Origin: an uncultured Candidatus Binatia bacterium
GTDB lineage: Bacteria; Desulfobacterota; Binatia; UBA9968; CAXXLF01
Assembly: GCA_965218425.1 (NCBI GenBank)
Contig: OZ244621.1
Span: forward strand, 2,144,001-2,208,000
Length of the DNA stretch: 64,000 bases
Direction of reading: 5' to 3'
Shown here: positions 9,637 through 20,659 of the stretch, piece after piece
How positions within the stretch are numbered: the first letter of the stretch is position 1
Layout: the number at the start of each line of letters is the position of its first letter
Translations under genes and position numbers: made by a program
Notes under the pieces: model-generated
Seen by the model: only the letters and a program-made list of their open reading frames with translations
What the model was told of the DNA's origin: nothing
Databases searched by the model: none

Positions 9637-11364
9637 ATGAAAGATCACCTTAGAGAACTCCTGACGCGGACCATCGATAAAGCGGCAAAGGGGGGAGAGT
9701 TGGCTATGACAGAACTCCCCCCTTTGATTCTTGAGTCTCCGAAGCAGAAAGAATTTGGGGACCTAAGCACCAATGTGGCATTACTCTGGGCCAAGCAACA
9801 GAAAAAATCCCCCCGCGCCATTGCAGAGATTCTCCTAAAGAACCTCGAGGACCCTGAGGGGATTCTGCAAAATGCCGGCATGGCGGGACCTGGTTTTTTG
9901 AATTTTTCCTTTTCGCCAAAATTCTGCTACCGATGTCTCAAAGAGGCGGAAGGTAAAGATGGAAAAATCGAAAATCAAGGTCATGGAGATAAGGTCCAAG
10001 TGGAATTTGCGAGTGTCAATCCCACGGGTCCACTCCATGTGGGTCATGGACGGGTGGCGGTGATCGGAGATGTGCTAGCCCGTCTTCTCGATGAAGTGGG
10101 TTACCAGGTGGAACGGGAGTATTATGTAAACGACAGCGGGAAGCAGATTGAGAACCTGGGTCTCTCCATCTACCATCGGTATAGGGAGATGTATGGGGAG
10201 AAGGACGAATTCCCTGAGGACGGTTATATGGGGGACTATGTCAGGGAGCTCGCGGTCACGGCCAGGGAGCGTTGGGGGGACGGGTATCTTTCCGAAGGCA
10301 AGGATGTGGTCATCGATTCCCTGAGTCGCTTTGGGGCGGACGAGATGCTTTCCTGTATTCGTAACGACTTAAAAGGCTTTGGCATTACCTTCGATTCCTT
10401 TTTTAGCGAGAAGGGGCTTAGGGATCGTGGTGAGGTGAAACAGACCATGGAACTCTTGGCATCACGTGGACTCTTGTATCAACAGGACGGGGCACAGTGG
10501 TTCAAGTCCCAATCCTACGGTGATGACAAGGATAGGACGGTTATCAAGAGTGACGGAGACTTGACCTATTTTGCCTGTGACATAGCCTATCATCGAAACA
10601 AGTTCGAGCGCGGTTTTACGAAGATGGTAAACATTTGGGGTGCCGATCACCATGGTTACGTGGGAAGATTGAAAGCCGCCATCCAGGCCATGGGATATGA
10701 TTCTCAACTCCTTCAAGTGATTCTGGTCCAATTGGTGCAACTCACCCGAGGTGGGAACCCCATAAGGATGGGAAAGCGCTCGGGAGAATTCGTGTCTCTA
10801 AGAGAGGTGTTGGAAGAGGTGGGGTGTGACGCGGCACGTTTTTTCTTCCTTATGCGGAGATCGGACAGCCATCTCGATTTTGATCTGGATTTAGCAAAAA
10901 AAGATTCTGCCGAAAACCCCGTTTTCTACGTGCAATATGCCCACGCACGCATCGCAAGTATATTCGAACAAGCCGGGAAAAATGGGGTTAAGGTCAAGGG
11001 CTTAAAGGTGTCGGCCGCTGAACTGGAGAAACTGTCCTTAACGGAAGAGTTGGAGATGATAAAAAAGCTTGTCCAGTTTAGCAATGTGGTTAAGGAAAGC
11101 GTGGAAGATCTAGAGCCTCACCGACTGGTGTTTTACCTGCTGGAATTGGCGGGTCAGTTCCACAGTTACTATAATCGATACAGGGTCATATCAAGCGATG
11201 TGTCCCTGACTCGTTCCCGCCTTCTACTGGTGCAAGAAGTTCAGAAGGTTATTCGTAAAGGATTGCAATTACTTGGGGTGGATGCCCCCATGAAAATGGC
11301 TCGCACCGTACCAGAGGGGGAACTCAACAGTCCTCCTAGTTCAGGCGGGAGCACTGCGGGTTAA
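9637..11364 (+). CDS. argS: Arginine--tRNA ligase
   Basis: VEFASVNPTGPLHVGHGR (HIGH), WGADHHGY, YVQYAHARI. Confidence 0.98.
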   Translation: MKDHLRELLTRTIDKAAKGGELAMTELPPLILESPKQKEFGDLSTNVALLWAKQQKKSPRAIAEILLKNLEDPEGILQNAGMAGPGFLNFSFSPKFCYRCLKEAEGKDGKIENQGHGDKVQVEFASVNPTGPLHVGHGRVAVIGDVLARLLDEVGYQVEREYYVNDSGKQIENLGLSIYHRYREMYGEKDEFPEDGYMGDYVRELAVTARERWGDGYLSEGKDVVIDSLSRFGADEMLSCIRNDLKGFGITFDSFFSEKGLRDRGEVKQTMELLASRGLLYQQDGAQWFKSQSYGDDKDRTVIKSDGDLTYFACDIAYHRNKFERGFTKMVNIWGADHHGYVGRLKAAIQAMGYDSQLLQVILVQLVQLTRGGNPIRMGKRSGEFVSLREVLEEVGCDAARFFFLMRRSDSHLDFDLDLAKKDSAENPVFYVQYAHARIASIFEQAGKNGVKVKGLKVSAAELEKLSLTEELEMIKKLVQFSNVVKESVEDLEPHRLVFYLLELAGQFHSYYNRYRVISSDVSLTRSRLLLVQEVQKVIRKGLQLLGVDAPMKMARTVPEGELNSPPSSGGSTAG

Positions 11365-11369
11365 ATTTT

Positions 11370-12053
11370 ATGGCGGAGAATCAAAGATCTCGAAGTCATG
11401 GTCTTTACTACTTCAGTCGAGGCCAGCTTGTGATTCTCGCAGTGGGTTTTACCGTGACCTGTACCATCACTTTCTTTCTTGGCATGCTCATTGGGCAGGG
11501 GATTGAGGAGAGAAAGTTAATCAAAAGGGAAGGTCAGGGACCTGTGGCAAAAATTCCAGCTGAGCCTCCACGCAAAGGGTCCAGTTCCGCTCGGGCGACG
11601 GCTCAGGATCAGGAGATGACATTCTATGATACCCTGACCAAGGCTCCGCCCCGTACTGGAGCCACCTCGGAAAGAAGAGACCGGGTTAGTCAACCAAAAA
11701 AGGATGTAGCGAAGCGGGCTAAGGCCCGGGTGACTATCCCCAGTGTCAAGGAAAAGGGCCCCACCACACGGAAGAGAACTGAAAGAGCCGCAAAGTCCAC
11801 ACGTAAACCAGAGAAAAGCGTGTGGTCAATTCAAGTGAAGGCCTTTGCGCGCCAAAGGGATGCGCGTGACTTGACCAAGCGGCTAAAGGGTAAGGGATAC
11901 GATGCCTACGTTGTTTCCATCCAGATCAAGGGCCGGACCTGGTATCGAGTCCGAGTGGGGCGCCTAGCGTCACAGCGCGAGGCACAAGGCTTGCTGTTGA
12001 AATTGAAGAGGGAAGAAAAATATACCAGAGCCATTATAACTAGGGGGGGATGA
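11370..12053 (+). CDS. SPOR-domain membrane protein (FtsN/DedD-like)
   Basis: N-terminal TM, TFYDTL, low-complexity linker, WSIQVKAF...WYRVRVG SPOR domain; follows argS. Confidence 0.85.
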   Translation: MAENQRSRSHGLYYFSRGQLVILAVGFTVTCTITFFLGMLIGQGIEERKLIKREGQGPVAKIPAEPPRKGSSSARATAQDQEMTFYDTLTKAPPRTGATSERRDRVSQPKKDVAKRAKARVTIPSVKEKGPTTRKRTERAAKSTRKPEKSVWSIQVKAFARQRDARDLTKRLKGKGYDAYVVSIQIKGRTWYRVRVGRLASQREAQGLLLKLKREEKYTRAIITRGG

Positions 12054-13069
12054 TGAATATCCGAGAGGCCATAGCAAATCTCATTGAGGACATCGATCTT
12101 ACGGAGAGTGAAGCGGTGTCGGTCATGAATGAAATTATGACCGGTGAGGCGACACCTCCCCAGGTGGCATCATTCCTAACCGCCCTGCGCATGAAAGGAG
12201 AGACGGTTCAAGAAATTACCGGTGCGGCCCGTGTCATGCGGGAAAAAGCGGATCAGGTGAAAGTCCACTCCAGTTGTGTTTTGGATACCTGCGGCACAGG
12301 TGGTGATCAAATGGAGACCTTCAATATCTCTACGACTGTTGCCTTTGTGGTGGCAGGCGCCGGGGTCACCGTGGCCAAACATGGGAACCGTTCGGTTTCC
12401 AGCCGTTCGGGTAGTGCAGATGTCTTGTCGGCACTGGGAGTCAATATTGAGATTCCCAAGGAGAAGGTTGAACAATGCCTGGCAAAAGTGGGAATGGGAT
12501 TTCTCTTTGCCCCGCTCCTTCACCAGGCCATGAAGTATGCGGTAACCCCGCGCCGTGAGATTGGCATTCGAACTATTTTTAATCTACTGGGTCCCCTGAC
12601 CAATCCTGCCAATGCGACCCATCAACTCATCGGCATCTACGATGGCGCGCTGACCGAACCCATTGCCATGGTCTTGAAGAATCTTGGTACCCGCAGGGCC
12701 ATGGTGGTCCATGGGGAGGAGGGGTTAGACGAGATCTCCCCGTGTGGACCGACAAAGGTATCGGAGCTCCGTGACAGCCAGGTGACCACCTATTCCATTT
12801 CACCTGAGCAGCTGGGGTTAACGCAGTGTCGTTTGGAGGATCTCCATGGGGGTACTCCGCAACAGTGTGCTGCAATTTTGAGGGGTATCCTTCAAGGTGA
12901 GAAAGGCCCAAAGCGAGATGTGGTCTTGCTCAACAGTGGGGCCGCTCTTTTGACCAGCGGTGTAGCTGGCACTATCTCCCAAGGGATGGATCTGGCCGCC
13001 GAGTCCATCGATTCCGGGAAGGCGCAAGGTAAACTAGATCTACTCGTTCAGGTAACCAACTCTGGCTAG
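12050..13069 (+). CDS. trpD: Anthranilate phosphoribosyltransferase
   Basis: DTCGTGGD, NIST, KHGNRSVSSRSGSAD. Confidence 0.98.
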   Translation: MMNIREAIANLIEDIDLTESEAVSVMNEIMTGEATPPQVASFLTALRMKGETVQEITGAARVMREKADQVKVHSSCVLDTCGTGGDQMETFNISTTVAFVVAGAGVTVAKHGNRSVSSRSGSADVLSALGVNIEIPKEKVEQCLAKVGMGFLFAPLLHQAMKYAVTPRREIGIRTIFNLLGPLTNPANATHQLIGIYDGALTEPIAMVLKNLGTRRAMVVHGEEGLDEISPCGPTKVSELRDSQVTTYSISPEQLGLTQCRLEDLHGGTPQQCAAILRGILQGEKGPKRDVVLLNSGAALLTSGVAGTISQGMDLAAESIDSGKAQGKLDLLVQVTNSG

Positions 13070-13129
13070 AAATGCTACTCCCAGTGTCAATCATCCGTTT
13101 CATCCATTGACGTAATTGACCCATGAACC

Positions 13130-13906
13130 ATGGCCACGTTTCTAGATACCATTGTAAGTCGAGTTCGCGAAGAGATTGGGATAAGGCGCCAAAAATCGCC
13201 TCCGACCCTGCTCCGGGAACGGCCCCCCTTTCATCTACCCACTAGAGATTTTGCAGGGAGTTTGCGCGGGACCACGCGCCATATCATTGCGGAAGTCAAA
13301 AGGGCATCACCGTCAAAGGGGCTGATTCGCAAAGAATTTGACGCCGTGAAAATTGCCAGGTCTCTTTCAGCCAATGGCGCCAGCGCGCTTTCCGTGCTGA
13401 CTGAAGAACATTTTTTTCAGGGGAGCATCCACTATCTGGAAGAAATCAGGAGAGGAGTCCGTTTACCCCTACTGAGAAAAGATTTCATGGTGGATGACTA
13501 CCAACTGCTGGAAGCGAGAAGTTTTGGGGCCGACGCTGTCCTGTTTATTGTGGCGCTCCTCGACCAGGGCCTTCTTAAGGAGCTATTGGAGCAAGCGCAT
13601 GCTCTTTCCCTGCAGGCTCTGGTGGAAGTTCACACCGAAGAGGAGCTAAAATGCGCCTTAAGAGCCCATGCAGACATTATCGGGATCAATAACCGGGACT
13701 TAAGGACCTTTGAGGTGAATATAGCCACTGCCGAGAAGCTGATACCGAAAGTCCCTTCCGGTGTTATGGTGGTTTGTGAAAGTGGAATCGACTCGCCGAG
13801 TCAGATGAAAAAAATAGAAGACCTGGGGGCCCATGTGTTTTTGATCGGCGAAGCGCTCATGCGTGCCCAGGATCCAGGGGAAAAATTGAAGGAACTCTTG
13901 TCGTGA
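13130..13906 (+). CDS. trpC: Indole-3-glycerol phosphate synthase
   Basis: IIAEVKRASPSKG, LSVLTE, LRKDF, GINNRDL. Confidence 0.98.
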   Translation: MATFLDTIVSRVREEIGIRRQKSPPTLLRERPPFHLPTRDFAGSLRGTTRHIIAEVKRASPSKGLIRKEFDAVKIARSLSANGASALSVLTEEHFFQGSIHYLEEIRRGVRLPLLRKDFMVDDYQLLEARSFGADAVLFIVALLDQGLLKELLEQAHALSLQALVEVHTEEELKCALRAHADIIGINNRDLRTFEVNIATAEKLIPKVPSGVMVVCESGIDSPSQMKKIEDLGAHVFLIGEALMRAQDPGEKLKELLS

Positions 13907-13966
13907 TTCGTTATTCGTAGACTCGCCAATGGAGTGAACGATTCAACCGGCAACTATTAACGAACC

Positions 13967-14593
13967 ATGGTTAAGGTCAAGGTGTGCGGTATCACCAATG
14001 TTGAGGACGCCCTGAAGGCAGTGGAATACGGGGCCGACGCGCTAGGGTTTAATTTTTTTCCGCCGAGTCCTCGATGCATTTCTCCTGACCTGGCACAAAC
14101 CATAGTAGAAAGGCTCCCCCCAGAGGTTTGTCGAGTTGCCGTCTTTGTGAATGAGCCTCGGAAAAAAGTTACAGAGATTTTAAATCAGCTCCATTTGTTC
14201 GGAGGCCATGGGGACGTGAGTGGGGTCCAGTTTCATGGGGATGAGGATGGTGAGTACTGTCATGGATGGGACTTGAAAGTGATCAAGGCCATTCGGGTGC
14301 GAGGGCCTGAATCGTTCCATGGGTTAAACGAGTTTCCGGCGGATTTGTTTCTGCTGGATTCCTGGAGCGAGGGATACGGCGGTTCAGGCGCTCAGTTTCC
14401 TTGGGATTGGATCAAGAATCTGAAACCGAGCCGGCTCATCCTTTCTGGGGGATTGGGTTTAGATAATGTTCGCCAGGCGGTCGCTCAGATCCGACCCTTC
14501 GGAGTCGATGTCTGTTCTGGTGTGGAGGCAAAACCGGGCGTAAAAGATCATGGGAAACTCAAAGAATTCATCGATGCCGCCAAGGCTTCCTGA
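13967..14593 (+). CDS. trpF: Phosphoribosylanthranilate isomerase
   Basis: [28 protein letters not shown]. Confidence 0.97.
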   Translation: MVKVKVCGITNVEDALKAVEYGADALGFNFFPPSPRCISPDLAQTIVERLPPEVCRVAVFVNEPRKKVTEILNQLHLFGGHGDVSGVQFHGDEDGEYCHGWDLKVIKAIRVRGPESFHGLNEFPADLFLLDSWSEGYGGSGAQFPWDWIKNLKPSRLILSGGLGLDNVRQAVAQIRPFGVDVCSGVEAKPGVKDHGKLKEFIDAAKAS

Positions 14594-15770
14594 TTCGCGG
14601 GGGCACTATGGCGTTTACGGGGGACGCTACGTATCTGAGACCCTCATGCCAGCCCTTGCAGACTTGGAGAAGGCCTATGCCAAGGTGCGGCGCGATTCAC
14701 AGTTTCGGCGGGAATTTCGAACCTACCTTCGTGAATTTGCGGGAAGAGAGACACCGCTCTATTTTGCCGAGCGACTGACGAAACAGCTGGGTGGAGCAAG
14801 GATCTACATTAAACGAGAGGATCTCTGTCATACCGGCGCCCACAAGATTAACAACACCCTGGGTCAGATCCTATTGGCGCGCAGGATGGGCAAACAGCGG
14901 ATCATCGCGGAAACAGGGGCAGGGCAGCACGGAGTTGCCACGGCCACCGTGGCGGCGCTCTTCGGTTTGGAGTGCGAGATATTCATGGGCAAGGAGGACG
15001 TGCGCCGTCAGTCCCTGAACGTCACGCGTATGAAACTCCTGGGTGCCAAGGTCAGGGAGGTGGACTCCGGTACCTGCACCCTCAAGGATGCCATGAACGA
15101 AGCCCTCAGAGACTGGGTGACCCATGTCCGCTCCACGTACTATCTCATCGGTTCGGTGGCGGGCCCCCATCCCTATCCACTGATGGTACGGGATTTCCAA
15201 TCGGTTATCGGCGAGGAGGCGCGCAGGCAAATCCTAAAAAAGGAGGGACGGTTGCCCCACTACCTGGTGGCCTGTGTAGGCGGTGGGAGTAATGCCATGG
15301 GGCTTTTTTATCCTTTCGTAAAAGATCGACGGGTGAAGATGATCGGGGTAGAAGCGGCTGGTTGGGGACTCCGCAGTGGACACCACTCGGCCTCCATCTT
15401 AGGTGGCAAGGTTGGGGTGCTCCATGGAAATAAAACCTACCTTCTCCAGGAACGGACGGGGCAGATCAGCCATGCTCACTCCATCGCACCAGGTTTGGAT
15501 TATCCCGGAGTGGGTCCGGAGCCAAGCTATCTCCATGACTCTGGGCGTATTGCCTTTGTTTCTGCCACTGATAACGAGGCGGTTAGCTCCATGAGAACAC
15601 TGTCGGAAGTGGAAGGTATTATTCCCGCTTTGGAGAGTTCCCATGCGGTGGCCGAAGTGATTCGCCTCGCCCCTCGACGGCCGAGGAAGGAATCGATCAT
15701 AGTCAACCTCTCCGGCAGAGGTGATAAGGACATCGACGCGGTGGCAAAATTCCTTGGAGACAAACTCTAG
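14574..15770 (+). CDS. trpB: Tryptophan synthase beta chain (ATG 14574 preferred over 14550)
   Basis: [39 protein letters not shown]. Confidence 0.98.
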   Translation: MPPRLPDSRGHYGVYGGRYVSETLMPALADLEKAYAKVRRDSQFRREFRTYLREFAGRETPLYFAERLTKQLGGARIYIKREDLCHTGAHKINNTLGQILLARRMGKQRIIAETGAGQHGVATATVAALFGLECEIFMGKEDVRRQSLNVTRMKLLGAKVREVDSGTCTLKDAMNEALRDWVTHVRSTYYLIGSVAGPHPYPLMVRDFQSVIGEEARRQILKKEGRLPHYLVACVGGGSNAMGLFYPFVKDRRVKMIGVEAAGWGLRSGHHSASILGGKVGVLHGNKTYLLQERTGQISHAHSIAPGLDYPGVGPEPSYLHDSGRIAFVSATDNEAVSSMRTLSEVEGIIPALESSHAVAEVIRLAPRRPRKESIIVNLSGRGDKDIDAVAKFLGDKL

Positions 15771-15779
15771 CTTGCCTGA

Positions 15780-15830
15780 AATCGTTATCCGTTACTCGTT
15801 GTTCTAAATTACGATTAACGAGCTACGGGG
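15780..15830. repeat. Inverted pair of 7-bp arrays between trpB and trpA
   Basis: aatcgtt atccgtt actcgtt ... tacgatt aacgagc tacgggg; similar units at 13906-13965. Confidence 0.6.
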
Positions 15831-15840
15831 TTAATGAAAA

Positions 15841-16656
15841 ATGAATCGCATTGATGAAAAATTCACCGAGTTGAGAAAACGGGGTCGGAGCGCGTTGATC
15901 CCTTTCATTGAAGCTGGGGATCCAGATATTCGGACCACTCTGAATATCCTGCGCGCTTTGGCAAAAAGCGGTGCGGACCTGATCGAACTCGGGATTCCCT
16001 TTTCAGATCCCATGGCCGATGGCCCCACGATCCAGCGTGCGTCCGAACGTGCCCTAAAAAAAGGCGTTTCACTCCCAAGTATCTTGAAACTTGTCAGCGA
16101 GTTTCGCAGGCATTCGGAAGTTCCTTTGGTCCTGTTCGGTTACTACAACCCCTTATTCCACTACGGTGTGAAACGCGTTACACGAGAAGCCAGGGCGGCG
16201 GGAGCCGATGGTATTCTATGTGTGGATCTGCCGCCGGAAGAGGGTCGGGAACTCCAGCAATGGGCCGAGGCCGCCGGATTGCACATGATCTATTTATTGG
16301 CTCCCACCAGTGATGCACAGCGCATCCGACTGGTAACGCGGGAGGCCGGCGGTTTTATCTACTTTGTCTCGGTCACCGGGGTAACCGGTAGCAGGAGTCA
16401 TTTCGAACATGGGCTTTCCAATCTCGTGGGCAAGCTGCGGCGGGAAACCTCTTTACCCATTGGGGTGGGTTTTGGTGTCTCTACTCCCAAACAAGCGGCT
16501 TGGGTGGCATCCTTTGCTGACGCCGTGGTGGTGGGGAGCGCCCTGATCAATGTCATTGAAAGGACGCACCGCCGGGAGGACAAGGTCAAAAGAGCAGCGG
16601 CCTACATGGCCAGCCTTAAAACAGCCATGAATCGTGTTTCGAAGAAACGCCGATAG
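15841..16656 (+). CDS. trpA: Tryptophan synthase alpha chain
   Basis: ELGIPFSDPMADGPTIQ, VSVTGVTG, VGFGVS. Confidence 0.98.
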   Translation: MNRIDEKFTELRKRGRSALIPFIEAGDPDIRTTLNILRALAKSGADLIELGIPFSDPMADGPTIQRASERALKKGVSLPSILKLVSEFRRHSEVPLVLFGYYNPLFHYGVKRVTREARAAGADGILCVDLPPEEGRELQQWAEAAGLHMIYLLAPTSDAQRIRLVTREAGGFIYFVSVTGVTGSRSHFEHGLSNLVGKLRRETSLPIGVGFGVSTPKQAAWVASFADAVVVGSALINVIERTHRREDKVKRAAAYMASLKTAMNRVSKKRR

Positions 16657-16686
16657 CGCTCAGCTTTTTTAGGTACGAACTTAAGA

Positions 16687-16883
16687 AAGATGACTCGCGC
16701 AAAGACGCGAAGGACGCCCGGCATAAATCAGTTTGCAAATTCGAAACTCGAATTGTGAAATTCGAGACAAATCCAAATGATCAAAACATGTAAATTTCTT
16801 GAAATTCTTGTTTTGGATTTTGATTTTTGAATTTGAGGGTTCCGGTTTGTTTGAGATTTCGAGTTTCGGAATTCGGATTTTAA
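16687..16883 (+). repeat. ~200-bp palindromic interspersed element, copy 1
   Basis: Aligns end to end with the reverse complement of 20660-20855 (shared blocks acaaatccaaatgatcaaaaca and ggtttgtttgagatttcgag); internal inverted arms aaattcgaaactcgaa / ttcgagtttcggaatt. Confidence 0.9.
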
Positions 16884-16977
16884 TTCGGAGGTGTCTTGGC
16901 GCGTTAAGCTTTGTGGAAGTTGTTCAGTTAAACACCCATTGGTAACGATCTAACCGGCGCGTCGAACAAGGCGAAAG

Positions 16978-18273
16978 ATGCCATCCTATTCCGAAACGCT
17001 GAATTATATTTTTAACCTGCGAGGGGGCGAAGTGAATTTGCGACTGCACCGGGTCAGTCAAGCATTGTCTCTCCTGGGCCATCCACAACGCCGTTACCCG
17101 GCCTTTCATATTGCAGGCACCAATGGGAAGGGTTCCACCGCTGCCATTTTGCAACGCATCCTCTCTACCCAGGGCTATAGGACGGGGCTGTATACCTCCC
17201 CCCATGTGGTGTCCTTCACCGAAAGGATTCAGGTGGATGATCGGGAGATTTCTCCAGAGGAGGTGGTTGAGCTGACGGAGACCCTGCGGGTAGTTCTCGC
17301 AGAGGCCGCTGTCTCACTCACCTTTTTTGAGTTCGTTACCGTCATGGCCCTCACCTACTTTTCCCGCCGTGGCATTGACGTTGCCGTCATGGAAGTGGGT
17401 ATGGGAGGTCGATTGGACGCCACTAACCTTGTCATCCCCGAGGTTTCCATCATTACCACCATTGCGAGGGATCACGAGGCTTATCTGGGTACTGAGATCG
17501 AGTCCATAGCTCGGGAAAAGGGAGGGATCATTAAGAACGGGGTCCCCGTGGTGTGTGGTCTTTTGCCTCCCGAGGCGGACTCCGTGCTCGAATCCATTGC
17601 CGGTTCCAGGGGGTCGGCGAGGCATATTTTTGGTCGTGACTTTTCGGTTGCCTTGGGGGGAGATAAGTTATTTAGCTACAAGGGTCTGAATTGGCATTTG
17701 AACGACCTTTCTCTGACACTGAGGGGCGAATACCAAAGGAGGAACGCTGCGGTTGCCATTGCGGCATTGGAGACAACTCAAAAGAATTTCCCCGTCAGCG
17801 AAGCCTCCGTGCGTGAAGGCTTGAAACAGGTGCTTTGGCCCGCACGTTTTGAAATGGTTATGACCCGACCCATGGTGATTCTGGACGGTGCCCACAACGT
17901 TCAAGGGATCACGGTCCTGGCCCAAGAAATGCGCAGTCTCGTGGGTGGGAAAAAGGTTAAAGTGCTATTTGGATCCATGAACGATAAGGACTGGGATCAA
18001 ATGCTGAAAGAACTTAGCGAGATCGCCAGTGAAATCTCATTGACTCGTATTCCAATGGATCGGAGCGCGGATCCCGAGGTTCTCAGGGAAGCCATCCCCC
18101 CGGGTATTCCAGTCAATATCGTGGATGACCCGCTGGACGGTGTCAGATCCCTCATCAAGGGTGCCGAGGCCGACGAGACTATGCTTGTGACCGGTTCACT
18201 CTATCTTTTAGGTCGAGTCAGGCCGTTTCTTGTTAGAATGAGAGAGGCGGAAATCCTGGGAGTCGAAGCGTGA
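16978..18273 (+). CDS. folC: Folylpolyglutamate synthase/dihydrofolate synthase
   Basis: HIAGTNGKGST, YTSPH, EVGMGGRLDATN, LDGAHN, TGSLYL. Confidence 0.97.
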   Translation: MPSYSETLNYIFNLRGGEVNLRLHRVSQALSLLGHPQRRYPAFHIAGTNGKGSTAAILQRILSTQGYRTGLYTSPHVVSFTERIQVDDREISPEEVVELTETLRVVLAEAAVSLTFFEFVTVMALTYFSRRGIDVAVMEVGMGGRLDATNLVIPEVSIITTIARDHEAYLGTEIESIAREKGGIIKNGVPVVCGLLPPEADSVLESIAGSRGSARHIFGRDFSVALGGDKLFSYKGLNWHLNDLSLTLRGEYQRRNAAVAIAALETTQKNFPVSEASVREGLKQVLWPARFEMVMTRPMVILDGAHNVQGITVLAQEMRSLVGGKKVKVLFGSMNDKDWDQMLKELSEIASEISLTRIPMDRSADPEVLREAIPPGIPVNIVDDPLDGVRSLIKGAEADETMLVTGSLYLLGRVRPFLVRMREAEILGVEA

Positions 18274-20585
18274 AAAACGTGAGATTCCTGACCCTCTTCG
18301 GAATGATTGTGCTGTTGTTCCAGGGCTGGGCTCAGACAGTGCGGCTTCATGCCCAGGCAAGGGGGGGGCAAGGGGAAGAGATCGATGTTTCCGCTGACCG
18401 GCTCTCGGTGGAGGAGGCGGGGAAAGTGATCCTAGCGGAGGGTAATGTCGAGATCAAGAGGGGAGAGACCTCTCTCAAGGCAAGTAAAATGAAAGTGAAT
18501 AGGGAAACTCAGAGCGTGGAGGCCGAGGGGGATGTCTCAGTGGTTGGTTCCGAGTGGCAACTAAAGGCCCAGAGCCTTCAATTGAACCTCCCGAAGGAAA
18601 CAGCCGTCATCCGGGACGGTGAGATTTACATTGAAAGCAGTCACCTGAGTTTGACGGGGAAACGTTTTGAGAAATTCACCGGCCAGTCCTATCACATCGA
18701 CGACGGCGGCTTTACCACCTGTCTTTGTGAATCTGGGGTCCCCACGTGGAAGATTACTGCCAAAGAAATTGAACTGACGCCGGAAGGTGAAGGCATTATC
18801 CGCGGTGGGAAATTTCACGTTCTTGATATCCCGGTGTTTTACCTCCCCTATGGTTTCTTCCCGGTGCGAACGAAGAGAAAGACGGGATTTCTTTTTTCCA
18901 AACCCGGGTACTCTTCTGAGGAAGGGTTTACGTTCCAGCAGCCTTTTTTCTGGGCCATCTCCAAAAACACGGATGCAACGATCGTCGGTAATATCGAAAC
19001 CCATGCCCGCGCAGGGATGTGGGGGGAGTTCCGCCATATCTTCAGCCGCAATACAAACCTTCGATTTAACGCCGCCTATTTTAATGAGTTCGATCGAGAA
19101 AACGCGGCAGATGACATCGTGAATCAAAATATCGCGGATCCGGCAATTCCCCAAGATCGTTGGGCTTTTGGGACCAAGCATCGAAACTCCAACCCTTCAG
19201 GTTGGGAGACCTATAGCGATATTTTTGCCTTCAGCGATGATCTATTCACTCGCGAACTGTTCGACAAGTTTGACCTTGGCGATATTCAGGAACGAAATGT
19301 CCGGACCAGCCGGTACGGTCGCTCAAAGGTTGGTTTTCTCAAGGGGTTCAACGATATGTTCCTGCGAGGCGATTGGGACTTCTATCAGGACTTTGTTCAA
19401 CCCGATGACCTTACCCTGTTTGGGGTTCCGAAGGTACAATTTTGGGGTCGGAAAGGTGTCGGGGGCCCATTTGAGCTGAGCTGGCGCGTGGAGGGTGTGA
19501 ATTACGTGAGGGAGGAGAAAGCGGATGGTGCCCGTTTGGACATCAGGCCGGAGATCACTTTACCCTTCCGCGTGTCAAGTTACCTCTTTGGTTCATTGGA
19601 CGTTGCCCCACGTGAGACCCTTTATTACCTGTACCGTACCGAAGGCGTTTTTGATCAGACTACGGCGAGGGAACTCGTGGAGGTGCGAGGAAACGTAGGT
19701 TCGTCGGTCTCTAACAGCTTTTCTTGGAATGGCAATCGTCTAAAAAAAATAAAACATGTGATGGAGCCCGAGATTCATTATCTGTTCATTCCCTGGGCCA
19801 ACCAGAACGGTATCCCCATTTGGGATGGCACTGACCGGGTCAATCGGAGAAATCTCCTGACCTTCTCATTCATTAACCGATTCTGGGGAAAATTTGCTCG
19901 TAAACCAGTCAAGGCCCCGAAGGACAGGGATGTTGAACTGCTGGGGCCAGCCACCACCAATGATGTAGAAGAGGTTGCCTATTTTGGGTTAGCCATGAGT
20001 TACGATATCGACAAGGAGAGGTCTGGAGGAGATGCCCTTTCTGATATCGATATGGACTTTCGGGTGAATCCGGCCAGGTTTTTAAACCTTGGTGTGCAAA
20101 TGGGTGTGGATCCGGGCGCCTGGAAGGTCAATCAGGCCGCAACGCAATTCACACTGACGGATCCGCGGCCTTTCAAGCAGCGGGAGCTGGACAAAGACTT
20201 TAATAAGCCCAATCAGTTGAGGGTGACGTACCGTTATATTCGTGAGAATTTTCTAACCCCCCTGGCCGAGGACGCAAACCTTGATCCCCTCGCCCTTCCC
20301 ACGCCTACTAAGGATACCCTTGGACAAGTGGGGACCCATGCGCTCTTGCACGTAGGCCGCCGCATCCTGCTCCAGTACGATTTCGCTTACGATATCCTCG
20401 AAGGAAAGACCACCAATAACCGCGGCAGGATCAAGCTGCTGTCCAAATGTGGCTGCTGGTCTTTTAATGTGTCGGTGAATCGCACCACCAATCCCAGCAG
20501 GACCAGTGTTCGGTTCGGCTTTGACTTGATTGGTCTAAGTTCTGGAAACATCGGAAGCTTTAATAACCGCGGTCTCGCCCCCTGA
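18270..20585 (+). CDS. lptD: LPS-assembly protein LptD
   Basis: Signal peptide, OstA-like N-domain with FTTC, PVFYLPY, RKTGFL, beta-barrel with KHVMEPEI and C-terminal CGCW. Confidence 0.9.
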   Translation: MKNVRFLTLFGMIVLLFQGWAQTVRLHAQARGGQGEEIDVSADRLSVEEAGKVILAEGNVEIKRGETSLKASKMKVNRETQSVEAEGDVSVVGSEWQLKAQSLQLNLPKETAVIRDGEIYIESSHLSLTGKRFEKFTGQSYHIDDGGFTTCLCESGVPTWKITAKEIELTPEGEGIIRGGKFHVLDIPVFYLPYGFFPVRTKRKTGFLFSKPGYSSEEGFTFQQPFFWAISKNTDATIVGNIETHARAGMWGEFRHIFSRNTNLRFNAAYFNEFDRENAADDIVNQNIADPAIPQDRWAFGTKHRNSNPSGWETYSDIFAFSDDLFTRELFDKFDLGDIQERNVRTSRYGRSKVGFLKGFNDMFLRGDWDFYQDFVQPDDLTLFGVPKVQFWGRKGVGGPFELSWRVEGVNYVREEKADGARLDIRPEITLPFRVSSYLFGSLDVAPRETLYYLYRTEGVFDQTTARELVEVRGNVGSSVSNSFSWNGNRLKKIKHVMEPEIHYLFIPWANQNGIPIWDGTDRVNRRNLLTFSFINRFWGKFARKPVKAPKDRDVELLGPATTNDVEEVAYFGLAMSYDIDKERSGGDALSDIDMDFRVNPARFLNLGVQMGVDPGAWKVNQAATQFTLTDPRPFKQRELDKDFNKPNQLRVTYRYIRENFLTPLAEDANLDPLALPTPTKDTLGQVGTHALLHVGRRILLQYDFAYDILEGKTTNNRGRIKLLSKCGCWSFNVSVNRTTNPSRTSVRFGFDLIGLSSGNIGSFNNRGLAP

Positions 20586-20659
20586 TCCCATCTGGGCTTT
20601 GGACAGTCAACAATGGCTGACCGGATCCTCCATGGCCAAGGGTCAGCTCCCCTCTGATT

